Positions 1-14,139 are shown, counted from the stretch's first letter. The stretch is 64,000 bases of DNA from the human T2T-CHM13v2.0 reference genome, Homo sapiens (GCF_009914755.1 NC_060931.1), one strand, 5' to 3'. Numbers and translations: made by a program. The notes: generated by a model not told the origin, from the sequence alone.

Positions 1-1256
1 AGCAAATGTCTTACTTGGAGGTTTGCATTTTCACTGTCTTAGACATACTTTCTGATGATCAAATGTTCTTAATAGAATATGCTTATGTTTTTCTGAGTTT
101 TTTGACCTCAAAGAAACATTTCTATTTAGGAAAAGGATGTTTTCCTCTATGCATAATATGTTCGTGAATTTTATTTCTAGAATGACCCTTTATAAAAATG
201 AAACAAGTAACTTTGGGGTCAAGAGAAAATTTTTTGTTTCTATGTGCCAAAACCTAGAAAAGTAAATATTTTTTTTTAGATAATTTAAATTCCGCTTAAA
301 TAACATCACTAATTGTTGTTTAATGGCAGAAAGGGTAGTACATTATGGAGCAAATTTTTTTTTTTACCATGTATACCTCTGAAACCTCTACGCTCTGTTT
401 ATTTACTTGCTTTTATACTGTGTATATCTATGCAAATACATATGAAAATGTACTTGTTATTTGTGAGAGCTATTTCCTTTCAATTCTGTTATCTGATTAC
501 AGATAAAATGATATAAAAAAAACTCTAAGTTATTTTCCAATTATATCTATACCTAACTAAAAATTTGAATTGGCATATCCGTGGTTGCCTAAACATTAAA
601 ACAGCAAAAATATAATTAAAAATTAAATTGCATTGACTTTTTCATGTATACCTGAGAGTTATACTGTACTACAAGAAAAAAATGTAGTTTTATTCATTTG
701 AAAGAACAGGAAAAATAGTGTTTGAACAACTATGATAATCCTCTTCCAATAGTGACGTAGTCAGATTATCATAATGCACATATTCAACCTTCTGCTTAAA
801 GAGTGAAAATATGTACTTGATCTATGGCTGTTGCAATAAAGGCCATTTGTGAATTGAATTGAAGTGATATTGTTCTTGTTTATTGTATTAAATAAATTCT
901 AATTTTAAATACGTGCTTCCATATGAAAGATACCATTTTATGGAAATGCTGCAGAAATGTTAAGAAATTGCAATGCGGAATACTATCTTCAAGTTTTTTT
1001 CCTATCATTTGGAATCATAGTATCTTCATGTCCATACTTTTAAAAAAATCAATCCAGGACCAATCCTAATAGAAGAAAAATGACGTTCATCTAGAGAGAC
1101 AAATTTGCTTAGATTTGTGAGCTTACTTAGAAGTTTTCTTAGAATGTGAGAAATTTACTGGGATTCTCTGTTTTAGCCTTGGTGGTGACAGAATGAAAAC
1201 TCATCAAACCCCACCCTTTTCCTTGAAGTAGATGAATGATTAAATTATCTAAATCA

Positions 1257-1375
1257 ACTGGAGTGGTGACATGTTCCTATAGTCTCAGCTACTCAGGAGG
1301 CTGAAGCAGAAGGATCACTTGAGCACAGGAATTTGAGGCCAGCCTGAGTAACTTAGAGAGACCTGGTCTTTAAAA
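1257..1375 (+). mobile_element. Free Alu monomer (FLAM/FRAM-like)
   Basis: tagtctcagctactcaggaggctgaagcagaaggatcacttgag...ccagcctgagtaac; single diverged Alu arm. Confidence 0.85.
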
Positions 1376-3093
1376 TATATAATCTGTACGTATAATCTAA
1401 GTTAAAATGTTGTCATTCTCTGCTTAATGAACTCCAGTGATAAATTCCTTCAAGCTCTCTCGGTAGAACTTCCAAGATTTTACTATTCTTATCATCTAAG
1501 ATGTTTTTTCTTAATATTTCACTAAAATGACTCTGGCTCTAGAGTTAAACTTCATAGATGTGGCTCTATACTGATAAAGTCTTTTATTTTGCTTATACCC
1601 AATAATGAAGTCACTTCATAGTCTTTTATTTTTTTCCCTTAAGCTAGACAAATCCAGATATGACCTTTCTTTATAACATAGTAACTCCATTTTTTGTTTT
1701 TTTATTATTATTATTTCTGAATCGTCATCATCATCACCATTATCTTTTCAGGGTTAGCCACAATATATTTATTAATTTCTGAAACTTTCTGGGATTTGAA
1801 AATAATCTATTACATCAAGAATTGAAAAATAATAATAATAAAATGCAGTGTCATGGTGATTGCAGAACAAAAAGTACCCATCCCAGGGGATATAGGCACT
1901 TTAAAGTTTGCAAAAACTACTAGTGGCTTTAGCAGCATCAGCAATGTGGTGAAACAGTAAAACATCAATAAAAGTGAGCAGGGAATGGCGAATTGATACT
2001 GAAAGGGACTGTAAATACTCTACAAGGTACTGTAACAGCTCACTGCCAATTTGTATACCTCAGTTACTTATATACACAGGTCCCTGCTGAACCCCTTCCC
2101 TTTGACAGCTCTCAGAGAAATGATAGCAGAAGAAATGAGGACTTACTGTTGAGTTGTGGAGATATATTAATTGCCATGATTTAAGAAGAGAATCTCATCT
2201 AGAATCTATAAGCTAGGGAGTCTAAAAAATACATGTATTATAGTTACTTTTAAAATAATGATTTCTCTATATAGTATTTCCAGCATTATTGTTGAATTTG
2301 CTGCCAAGATTACTTCTTAGGATAAAAATATGTTTGTTAAATAAAAGACTAACAAGCAAAAATATTTATTAGATCACAAAGAAAACGAAAAGAAATAGTT
2401 ATTGTAAAGTAGTTATACTCAAAATTTATTTGGTCTTAGTAAGTTAGCCAGTGTTGTTATATTTTTGACTCCCAGAGCGAAGAAGTAAAACACAAATTAT
2501 ATCTGAACAGGTAAATTGAATTTCATGTGTTACTTTTATTATTTGTTCCATTTTATTGTTCAAAGTTTATGATTGTTGAAATGGGAGCAATTTATAAATA
2601 ACACACACATGTATTTGTTTCTAGCTGAGATTTCTATGCCTAAAATTTAGATGCTTGTCATGACCTGATGCTGATTAAGACAATCAGTTAAAACCATTTA
2701 AAAGCTCAGAAAAGTCAACAATCCTAGTTGAGGTTACATGAATAGTAGAGTTAAAACTCAAAACCATCACCGTAATACTCTTTTATACCATTCCTACAGC
2801 CAGTTAATGGGTGTTTTTTCCTCATGAGTCTCACTGATAAGATGACTTTTAAATACGTAATTTCTAGCTTATATTTTTTTCAAGTCATTATATATACTAC
2901 ATTCATTATGGTATCCTAGGCTACTCCAATAAATAGGCCATTGTGCTATGTGTCAAAACAAACATATTTTCTGTTTATTTTACGGGTTGGGGGATGTCTT
3001 ATCCTCTATGCCATCATGGAAGGACTCAAGCTGACTGAGAGTTTGATACCTACAATCCATGACTTTCAAGGTCACCTTGGACATCTCCATCCA

Positions 3094-3288
3094 TGAGAGA
3101 ATTTTCAGCATGAAGGATTGTTGAATTTTATCAAAGGCCTTTTCTGTTTCTATTGAGATAATCATGTGGTTTTTGTCATTGCTTCTGTTTATGTGATGGA
3201 TTATGTTTATTGATTTTTGTATGTTGACCCAGCCTTGCATCCCAGGGATGAAGCCGACTTCATCATGGTGGATAAGCTTTTTAATGTG
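3094..3288 (-). mobile_element. L1PA ORF2 fragment (RT domain)
   Basis: ORF 2980..3312(-) contains [33 protein letters not shown]...KAFDKIQQ, the L1 ORF2p RT N-terminal region. Confidence 0.92.
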
Positions 3289-3652
3289 AACTTGAACTCC
3301 ACTCTGGACCACGTGGACCTAATAGGCATTTACAGAACTCTCCACCCCAAATCAAGAGAAGTAAGAGCAAACAAATTCAAAAGCTAGCAGAAGACAAGAA
3401 ATAACTAAGATCAGAGCAGAACTGAAGGAGATTGAGACACAAAATCTCTTAAAAAAAATTTTGAATCCAGGAACTCTTTTTTTTTTTTAAACATTAACAA
3501 AATAGATAGACTGCTAGCCAGACTAATAAAGAAGAAAAGAGAGAAGAATCAAATAGACACAATAAAAAATGATAAAGGGGATATCATCACTGATCCCACA
3601 GAAATACAAACTACCATCAGAGAATACTATAAACACCTCTATGCAAATAAAC
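3289..3652 (+). mobile_element. L1PA ORF2 fragments (endonuclease piece 3289-3360, post-EN piece 3362-3652)
   Basis: gacctaataggcatttacagaactctccaccccaaatc and gaaataactaagatcagagcagaactgaaggag...gaaatacaaactaccatcagagaatactataaacacctctatgcaaataaac match L1 ORF2 sense. Confidence 0.9.
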
Positions 3653-5184
3653 ATAAGGTTTTTTAAATTTTTGTTTTGTTCCCAGCCATATCATCTAGGA
3701 AAGTTAACTTCAAATTTCACAGTAAGATGGGGGCTTAAATGTTCATCTGTCCAGAAAGATTGCCAAAATATTCTGTGTTCATACAGCATAGTCCAGCCTG
3801 CAATTGAGTTCAGCTGTTACAGAGACTGTAATGATTCATTAACCTTAATTTGTTACACTTTGGGGTTTATCTATCCCTTTGAACTGGATTTATTTTCCAG
3901 GTGTAAATTACCCCAGTTCTCTTTGACATCAGAATATGAAAAGTCCTCCGTGGGCATGCTAATCTCAGTATAACTTATGTCTGAAAAAAAATGTATCTTG
4001 TTGCATTCAGTTGCTAATCACCTTTACATGTTATTTCAGAAGGAAACAATGTGTTTGTCAAAGGTCAGTCATTGCATAGTTCTTGTGTTTTTCCTCTTTT
4101 ATTTTTGATTTGTGGTTTAGGTTCTCAAATAAGTTTATTAAATGACTTTCATAAACTTCAAAAACTGGATTTATACAGATATTTTTAGTTTTCTCTGTAT
4201 AGTTACCCCTGCTGTCCATGGAACACCTGATTACTAATACTTGATAAACATTATTAATCAATCAGCATAGTTAACTACAGCCAAGGAATATTGTTCGTAA
4301 GTCCCTGTGCAGTTCTTAAATGTAGGAGGAGCTACAAAATTATAAAGAATCATAAAGATAATTGCTACCTACCAACAAAATGTTTTTGGTATTTAGTTTA
4401 TCTGCCTGTCTGACTTAAATTATTTCATTACATGATTAAAAGATTCTTCTTTTTCATGGCTCACAGAAGAAATTGTTGAAATTGAAAGGAAACAAGGAGA
4501 ATCATTTTGCCTTTTCAAATTTTAACCTACCATTTATTTTTAAATTTTTATTTTTCAGACTTCATTGCTATCAGGATTAAGGTTTTAGTAACATAACAAT
4601 ATATAATAAATTATAGCAATTATAGCAACTGAACAAATTAAATTGCGTGGATACCTATTAAAACCACTTAAGTAATCTTGTGTTATATATAAATGCTTTT
4701 AAACATTGCATTGTTTTAGTTACATTGTTAAGATATGGGACAGAAATAAACAAATTACTAGGCTTTAGGCATGAATAGAAAATTACCTAGTTAACTACAG
4801 ACTAGTTGAGTTAGCGGATTCCCCACCACAATGGAAACTCAAGAGTGTATAATGAGGCTTCCCATATATTCAACAAGACCAATCCCCATGGCTATGCTCA
4901 TTGAATAATATCCCGAATAACAACAACAGCTCCAGGGAAATTATAGGGATGGATTCAGATACACTTTTCCTGTGTTACATAAAGGAAACTCTTTGAGCAA
5001 AATAACTTGTGAAATTCACATTAAAACAATTCAACTAAGATAAGCATGAAACACAATTGTCTGTGTGTCAAATTTTAAATTTTCTTGAAACTGTTTTTCA
5101 GAGAATTTGGGGGCTGTAAGTCCGCTAAATTTTCTTTAAATGTAGGAAAGACATTGGATATGGGAGAGACATTTTGTTCCTTTA

Positions 5185-5950
5185 TTAATCTATTCACTTT
5201 GTAGTACTTCTTGAGCACTGAGAGTGTGCCAGACACAATTCCAGGCACTGAACATTCAATGGTGAGGAAAAAAAAAATGCTTCTTGCTCTTCCAAAACTA
5301 GTGAGGTAGAAAGGTAGGATTTAATAAAAATAAAATAATTAAGAAAATACAGATTATTAAAGTTCTTCATAAGAAAATAAATAAGTGATATGGCCTCAAA
5401 GTGAGAAGACAGACTTCAGACAAGATAGTCCAGTCTCCTCCTTTAATTTTTCTCTTAGGAGGAAAGCTGAACTCAGCAGGAAAATTAAACAGAAATATAA
5501 GGAATGAACAATGTGCTACATTTATCAGAAGAACACAAAAGAAAGCCTGGAGTTGACATAGAGCTAGAAGATGAAGACAATGGTGCTTCTACACTGTTGA
5601 AAAATAGAAATGAAAAATAGAACTGGAAAAATGCAGAATATAAAGCTAAGTAAATGAACTATATGTAAAAAGACTGCATAAATCACATTAAGGATTTGTT
5701 GAACACTACTGAATGGCTTAATGAAAACTATGAAACAATTGGATTTGTGTTTTATGAAGCTCATCTGACCACAAGGGTATAATGGATAGGAGAAGAATAG
5801 AAATAAATACCAGGAGACTGACTTGGAAGTTCCTAACGTCAAAAGGCATGTACGACAATAATTCCAACTTAATGTGAGGGCAATGAGCACTCTATTCAAT
5901 AACTCCAACTTAATGTGAGGGCAATGAGAGATGCAAAAATATTAGTAAAA
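5185..5950 (-). mobile_element. L2 3' remnant
   Basis: cttgagcactgagagtgtgccagacacaattccaggcactg followed by purine-rich L2-antisense-like sequence; highly diverged, ends approximate. Confidence 0.55.
5856..5928 (+). repeat. 32-bp direct duplication with 9-bp spacer
   Basis: caataa(t/c)tccaacttaatgtgagggcaatgag at 5856-5887 and 5897-5928. Confidence 0.9.
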
Positions 5951-7489
5951 TAATTTCTAAAAATATGGTCTCATCCTGTTATGGCACAGTGATTTAGTCA
6001 AATTGTAATGATGCTATTGAATCTTTCATGTATTAAAACCCAAGAATATATTATTCCTATATTACAGTATCTATTGTAAACTTTTGTATATCTAAATTTG
6101 ACTTTGTTGTCAATTTCCCAACACCAGGCTGTAAAAATGCTAATTTCTAATTTCCAAGCAAATCCCTCTGGCAGATTGTAAGCATAGTCCCTATGCCAGA
6201 AATTTGGTTGGCTGCCTTTATTTTTGCAAGAGGACAGTAAAAAAAAAAAAAATACCAACTTGGATATCCATGGAATTATTATTCATTGTCTTCAGTCAGG
6301 TGAATAATACACAGTTTTAAAAGCACATGGTACACATTTTCTATTAGCATTTTATAAGCTTCCACAGGGCAAGAATATTTTATTTATTGGTTTTTATATA
6401 CCCCTTCAAAAATTGTGAATAGTTTTGTTTTCTCTGCCTTTTTAAGTGCTTCCCATTTCCTATCCTCCTTCATGTATTTTTAAAAGAATGGAACAAGAAA
6501 AGAAAAAAAACAAAGCAAACTTGTGCATTCAATTCAAAGACCATTTATGTAACTAATCTCATGTGCAGGGAATATGACAAATTAGGAATCCAGATTTTTA
6601 TATGAAATATTAAGTTTAGTTAACTCTGGCTAAGCATGACATACATGCAAGGTGCCAGTATGTAAGTTTTAGGTCAAAAGATGCCCCAAAGCTAAACTAG
6701 TGATGCAAAAAGAAATCCCATAGAGAAAAAAATATCATATTTATTATGGGAAATGTAATAAAACTTTCTGGAAGAGAGGGCATTTCCATTTAGTCTTGAA
6801 AAACACATCAACTTGGGAAAGCAAAATTACTACATCATGATTGCATCAGACTTTGTGTAAATGATGAGTATGTCTATGAAGGGAAGGCATTTAACTTAAA
6901 TTGTGTTATATCTGCCGTTCCTGTGAGGTCTATAATTCAGGACAAATTTCTTTGGAGAAATGTATAAAGACATGCTTATTGCCAGATAAAAAAAGAAAAT
7001 ATCATTACCACTTCTCTTTTAATTTCTCCTGTACAAAAGTATAATATATGATGACAATGAGTTAAAAATGACAAATTTAAAATCACATTCCTTCCAGGGT
7101 TCTACCTGAGTAATACAAAAACGTGCTGCTGCACCGTAACCTGCAACTCTGCTACTCAAGTCCAACTTTTTTTTACAAAGACAGTTTACAGATTCATACA
7201 TGATATATAATGGGTCTCTGTGAAGACATCTTTTCTCCAAGTAACTCCCTCCATCTGAGGTTTTTGCCATATTTGGAAATTCTGCCATTAATGATAATGT
7301 CCATTAAGATAAATGTTCCATTATTTGTATAGCTATTTAAAATTTAGTCATTCTTTGAAAAGACAGATCATTCAGTCACTAACCACTTCATGTGTGTTAG
7401 TATTTCCTTATATTTTCTTTAAGAAATATCCTATAGAATATCTTAGACATATAAATATAGGACAAAACATTAGGTATCCACTGCATACA

Positions 7490-8110
7490 TTAAGAATTAC
7501 ATTATTATAATAATACAGATAAATCTTTCAATACATTCATACCTAATCATATAATGATACCTTTTTTCCACCCCACTCTGCAGATGATGTATATGCTCAA
7601 TGTTCTAATGTCCAGTTTTATGAATATCTTTTTACTTTTATTAAATTATAATGCATTCCTATATAATACATAAGCAATATTTTTCATGTTTAAAATTTTT
7701 CTAATAAGTGATATACATTGATCTTATAATTCTTTTATTTCTTTAATATTATGTCTGTGAGCATCATAGTCAATGAAAAATTAGTACTAGTGAATGTATT
7801 ACCAATTCTGTGTAACATCTCCTTAAGTGAATATATCACAACTATTTACTGAACATGTATGTGATTTCCAATTGTTGCTATACCCATTACACTAGTATGA
7901 AAACTTTTGTGCCTGTTACCATGTGTACCTAGAGGCTTTTTCTGGGAATTACGTAGCAATGTAATTGTCAGGACTTAGATATAACAAATTGCCCTTCATA
8001 TAAAATGATGCTTTCTTTAGCAGTGTATAAAATTTCACCTTTCCCACATTTAAAAAAAATACATGTCTATATATTTTTTCCAGTTTGATAGCTATGGTAT
8101 GGTAGCTCAG
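7490..8110 (-). mobile_element. Old L1M (L1ME-like) 3' fragment
   Basis: Degenerate antisense L1 3' motifs (gtgatttccaattgttgcta, cagtgtataaaatttcacctttcccaca). Confidence 0.5.
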
Positions 8111-8119
8111 GATTTTTTT

Positions 8120-9478
8120 TTTTTATGTACAGTAAGATAACAGTATTTTTGTTTATAGCCTATGGGTTTTAACTCACATAAACACCAACACAGTAAAGAT
8201 GCACAATAATCCCATTATCTAAAAAATGATCTCATGCTCCCCCTTCATAGCCAAACTGTTTACCCTAATCTCTGGCAATCACTGATGTGTTCTCAGTCCC
8301 TGGAGTAGCTTCTTTTACCGAATTTTATATAAATAAAATTATACAGTATGTAATGTTTGGAGACTGATTTATTTTATTCAACGTAGTGTTTTTGAGGTTT
8401 ATCCATGTCATTCAGTTACAAATCATTTATTCCTTTTTATTTCTCAGTAGCATTCCATTGTATGGGTATACTATAATTTGTTTTTCCACTCTCTCATCGC
8501 ATTTAAGCTGGTTCAGTTTAGGACAATTAATAATAAAACTGCTATAAAAATTTTTTGTACAGGTTTTCACGTGAATATAAGTTGGTTTTTCTCTAGGAAC
8601 TATACCTAGAAGTGAGATGTTGGGTGTTAAAAGTAAGTTTAACTTTCCAAGAAATGGTCCAACTCTGTTCCAAAGAGGCTGTACCATGTTTGCATTCCAA
8701 TTAGCAGCTCTCAGAGTTTCAGTTGCTTCATATTGTTGTCAGCACTTGATATTGTTGATTTAGTTAATCATATTCATTTTAATAGGTATGGCATAATACT
8801 ATTATTTATTTTGTCTCTTATTTAAATTTACGTATTGGAAATTTATGCTGAATATCTTTCATGAGGATATTTGTCATTCGTACATCTTTCTGGTGAAGTT
8901 ACTTCAAATTTTTCTCCATTTTTTTAAATTGTGTTTTTGCTTGTTTATCATTTTGTTGAAGTCCAACTTTTGTAGGTTTTGCTTTTGTTGTCCAGGTATA
9001 ATTTTTGCATAACCTAACTTCATTGAGGTTTGCTCCTATTTTAAAAAAGCTGCATGATAATTTTATATTACACCTTAAGATATATAATTCAATTGGAGTT
9101 AATTTTTGTAAAGATGTTAAAGAAGGTCATAGTTCATTTTCATGATTCATGCTTCAACATAATTTGCTCAAGAGACTATTCTTTCTCCATTGAATTTCCT
9201 TTGCAACTCCGTCAAAATTCAATTGATAATATTTGTGTGGGTCTGTTTCTAGACTTTTAAAGCTACCTTACTTATCTGTGGTCTATCCTTACTCTAATAC
9301 TACAAGATCTTCATTATTGTATCTACCTAGTAATCTTAAAATCATATAGCATGAGCCCTCGCCTTTGTTTTTCATTTTCAAAATACTTTTGACTATTATT
9401 TGATTTTTAGTATAAATTTTGGAGCATCTTCTTCATATCTAACAAAATTATCCATTTATTTACTTGATAGTGTAATAA
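8120..9478 (-). mobile_element. Old L1M (L1MB-MD-like) 3' end/ORF2, left part, interrupted by the MER52 LTR
   Basis: ctctggcaatcactgatgtgttctc, gaggctgtaccatgtttgcattcc; ORF 8427..8687(-) resembles the L1 ORF2 C-terminus. Confidence 0.8.
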
Positions 9479-11199
9479 TGATGGCAGGGGCTGCCCATCT
9501 AGAACAGCCACTACCATGATGCCAGCTGCAGTGGGGGAGGCGCAGCTGGGGCTGCATGCTCCACAAAGCCAGCAGGAGCCAGGAACAGGTGGAAGCCCTG
9601 CCCCCTTCTGAATCAGCAGGGTGGCAGCTTTGTGCTCTCTGGACACAGCTGCAGCCACCAAGTCATGGCTGCAGACCCAGGCCTCCCCGTGCTCTTGGGG
9701 GCCAGGAGCAGGCAGGAGCCCTGCCCTCCCACGCATAGCTGCAGCTGCCCAAGCAGCGTCCTCCGATCCAGGCACTCTCGGGGGCCTAGGAAGGCCCCTC
9801 TGCCCTTGCAAGCTGGGAAATGCCTGCTCCTGCTGCCTTGCCTCTCTCCAGTCCTGGCGCCTGCTCTGATCTCAGAGCAAGGTTGGGGCCGAGCCCAGGT
9901 ACTATCTTAGTCTGGCCGGGTGTGGGGCGCTTGAGGCAGCACTGATATGCCAACCCCCTGCCGCCTTGGCCCCCTCTGGACTTTGGGCACCGATGAGCAT
10001 GGGAGGGAGCCTGAGGGGGTGCTGAGGGCAGCTCAGCGCTGGCCTGCATATGCCACTTGGCATGAACGGCCTGGGCACCATGAATGGCAGCCTGGGTGCC
10101 ATGAATGGCAGACAGGGTCCTGGATGGAAGGGGGTTGGTCCCCAGTAAAACCCCACCTTCGAGCCAGGGAGGGCCTGAAGCCTGGGGGCGGGGCTGCCAG
10201 TTGCCAGTCCTGTAGGCTGCCAGTCCTGCAGACTGCAGTGGGAACTTGTGGTGCTTTTTCTGGGCCTGCCCATGGCTGCCCATGGTCCAGTTGGAGCACA
10301 CTTCCTGCTTTCTGAGGCCTATGAAAACCCTGGACTCAGCCAGACTCTAGGAGACAACAGGACAACCAGCTGAAGAGAGGAGCTACTCACCCTAGGGTCA
10401 CCTCTCTGCTGAGAGCTGAGCAGATGCCAGGATGACCAGCTGTGGAGAGGAACTTACCACTCCAGTGTCTCCACTCTGCTGAGCTGAACACTTGTTGGGA
10501 CAGCCTGCCTGCAGAGAGGAGCTATCCACTGTGGGCCTCCTCTCTGCTGAGAGCTGAATACTTGTCAGGATGCCCTGCCTGTGAAAGGAGCTATCCACTG
10601 CAGGTCTCCTCTGAGCTGTTCTGTCACTCAGTAAAGCTCCTCTTTGCCTTGCTCACCCTCCACTTGCCCTTGTACCTCATTCTTCCTGGACACAGGACAA
10701 GAACTTGGGACCTGCTGAATGAGGGGGCTAAAAGAGCTATAACACAAACAGGGCTAAAACACACCCTTTGCTCGCCACATTGCAGGCAAAAAGAAGGAGA
10801 GAAGACAGAAGGAGAGAAGAGCTGTGGCCCTTCAAGGAGCCCAGACCTAGGAGCTCCCTGAGCCAGGGCTGTGAAAGCCTATCTAGGGATGTGCAGTTCC
10901 TCGCATCTCCAAGCTTCCGGGCACCACCATGTTCCCTGGTGCTAGCCATGGAAGCTGCTTGCAGTACACCTGGTCCAGCTGCAGGGAGGCAGCACCTGTA
11001 CTGGCATCTGGAGCTGCCTGCCCCACTACAGCTGGTGTGCCTAGCTGTGTGCAGTGGCTGGACCCCACGCTTACTCTCTCCCTCACCCCTCACCACTCCT
11101 TGTTTGGCTCGTCCTTGACAGGTTCACACCACTGGCAAAGGCACCACTGGCCACAGAGATTTCTGGCTGGTAAAGCAACACCTCAAGGATCCTGTAACA
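9479..11199 (+). mobile_element. MER52-type (MER52A-like) ERV1 solo LTR, full length
   Basis: TG...CA ends (tgatggcagggg...ggatcctgtaaca), 4-bp TSD ATAA at 9475-9478 and 11200-11203, 1721 bp, GC-rich, AGTAAA poly(A) signal near 10630. Confidence 0.88.
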
Positions 11200-11203
11200 A
11201 TAA

Positions 11204-12090
11204 TGTAGTTCAAGAAAATAAATAAGTTGTTTTCATATTTTTATTTTTGGAAATGATTATGTACCATAACAATGAGCTAGCCCTTAAAAATTTATGATTC
11301 AATCATTTGCCTTGAATTCTTGCCCTAAAGTTTTGCTGTATTTTCAGATTATTTTAATTGCATTTAGCCGATACCTAAATTTGAAGGAACTGTCATTTGA
11401 ATGGTGCTAGGACTTCCAATTTATGAGATTGACATTTTTTCATAGTATATTTATTCTTTTTGCCTGTATTTGTGTTATTAGTATGCAGATCTTATATGTG
11501 TTTTGTTATATTTATACCTTATTATTTCAATATTTTGTAGACATCATAAATGATGTGATAGAAAAATTGGCTTTCGAATGTTGACTTTCTAATATATTGG
11601 AAATATACTGAATATTCTAAATTCACCTATAAGTTTGAGGAGCTTTCCTGTAAATTCTTGGGATTTTTCTATGTAACAATCATTTTATCTATAAATAGAG
11701 AAAGTTTTATTACTTTACTTCCAGTCTTCATGACTTTATTATTCTTGCTTCATTCATTGCACTTGCCATAATGTTAAATGGAAGCAGTGTTAACAAATTT
11801 TGGGGAAAATAATTCAGACATTAACTTCTAAGAGTAATGTTAGGTTTGGGTAGGATTTGGTTTCTAATGAATTCTATTCATTAGGAACTTTAGTGTGCCA
11901 GAGTTTCTAACAAATGATGCTGAATTTCACAAACTGCATTTTCTGCACCATATCATAATTGATAGGATTATGTGTTTCTTCTCTTTTACTTCCTTAAAAT
12001 GAAAGCTTACACGGATTTTTTTTTTTCAAATGATGAACTAACCGTTCATTCTAGAATAATCGGATAATCTCCATTTGGTCATGATGAATT
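11204..12090 (-). mobile_element. Old L1M ORF2, continuation after the MER52 LTR
   Basis: ttcttgggatttttctatgtaacaatcattttatctataaatagag; antisense L1 ORF2-like. Confidence 0.7.
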
Positions 12091-14139
12091 TTCTAGTTGT
12101 TGTTTGTTTGCTTAACTGTATGCATCACAAATTTAAAAATATTTATTCACTTATATGTGTTTATATGTCTTACCATGAGCATACTAGTTTTCAAAAGCAA
12201 AAATTATATATATATATATAAATTATTTTAAATACTATAGTTAGCCCAATTTTAGGCACAGATTTGGCAGTCCATACATACTTCAAAAGAAAGGAAAGAA
12301 AAGAAGAAAAAAATAACAATACAATTTTGTTCATGACAATATATCTCTAATCAGCTATATGACTAATATTCTGTGCCTTAAATGCACATACATGATTCTT
12401 GCCAGAAGAAGAGTTAATATTTAGCCAATTCATTAAACATTTAAATAAAGTTGTCATATATAGTAATTAAGCAATAGCTGCATATTCCGTATAATCATAT
12501 TCTAAGACATCCAAAATATTGTCTAAAAAACATTCCACACGCAGACTCCAGAGCACTATATACTCAACATAATAATAGGGTGAAATAGATAAATAATATG
12601 AGAATTATATTTTCTTGTATTTCCCAATTAGAATGCAAAAGAATAAAATGATTCATTAATAAAACATATGCATTACTAATTCCTCAGTGAAGCATCATTT
12701 AACATTTTAAAATATTCTATGTCACATAGATTTATTCATACATTCATTACACATACATCATATGTGAATGTAACAATGAAGTTTAAACTCTTTATATAAA
12801 TGTCAGTTGTTAGTCATTAGCTGTTAATTATTATGAATACATTGTTAAATTACTATAAATCTATCTTATTAATCTTAGGCTGACCCTTTTCCCTCTTTAT
12901 TTCATAATTATATAAAACTTTGAAATAAAGTGCAGAAATATTCTGACACGGAAAAAAAATCACCCCAGCTTGTATAACAAACATATCTATCTTGCATCCA
13001 ATTTTTATAAGATCACCAATCTCACCTCACTATCCTTTATCATAAAACAAAAAAATCTGCTGGGTACTGTTAAAGAGTAGTCTCCCCTTAACGCGAAATT
13101 ATATAAACATCAATGACATTTAATTAAATTTCATTGCATCTTCTACAGGATTGACTTAACCTAATATTTTTAACTCTTTGAACACTGGGTCTGCATTAAA
13201 TAAGAATTTTTTTATGTCTGGGAAAATTCAATACACTGGGAATGTTCTACATCCATAAAGCTACTCTCAACCTGATGTGCCAGGACTGAAATGCCATTAT
13301 TAGAATTTTGTTTCTTTGGTTAAAATTATAAATGCAAATAGTAAGATAAACAACACATTAAATGTTTTCTTTTATTTATACAACAGAATAGATTAATGGA
13401 CAAGACCCTTACCTGTAAGATTGTCAAATTGAAGGTAGAGGTCACTAAAATTTGAGCCAAATGCCACTGCCATAAAATGATTCTGGAGCTTTCTAAGGTT
13501 ACCACACTGTATTTTAAAGTTTGGTATTTTCCAGGGTGGCAAGTGGGAAAAAATGTCTTTAATGGAGAGATAGTTGAAAGGCTGTATCACTGGAATCTTA
13601 TGGAATTCCTTGGTGAAGTGTTAAATCTCAGTTTGAGAATCCTTTCACTGCAAGTATTTAGATGAAAAGTTGTGGGTGACTTTCATTTTTCCACTTGGGA
13701 CCGGATGGAATGGATGTACTTTTTAAAACCATCTGTCACGTAGCACCTTAATCTTACATCAAGTAGAGGAGAGTAAGAACATCTGACTTTGCAGACATGA
13801 CAAGATGTCAACCAAAGTTTTTTATATGGTGTTTCCAACATTTTGTCAAATCACTCTGAAATCTTTTCATCTAGTTTTCTTATGGACTTAAGAAAGCACA
13901 ATGCCTGTTTAAGAAGCTGGTAAATGTCATTGCTTCCTTGCCAATATGTTCTTTTCGTATTCATTTAATTCTCCAGAAGGTCAGTCTGAGCTGAATTTTT
14001 CCCCTTTGGAGTTAATGTTGCCTTGGTTACATTTATTTAAACATCACCAACTCTAACACTTACTTCATTGATATCAAATACAAATATTTTCTCTGAAAAG
14101 GAACTTAGAAGCAAAACTAAGTATAAGAGGTACACTGTA

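Noticed and set aside
2980-3973. 110-aa and 134-aa ORFs
   Set aside because: L1 ORF2 fragments with read-through into flanking DNA
10375-10620. CRISPR-like repeat periodicity (~69 bp)
   Set aside because: Whole units are degenerate tandem copies inside an LTR; no unique spacers, no cas genes, primate DNA
9407-11225. Cluster of overlapping ORFs up to 171 aa suggesting a gene or CpG-island exon
   Set aside because: All lie in the GC-rich MER52 LTR where stop codons are rare; both strands are open and there is no recognisable domain
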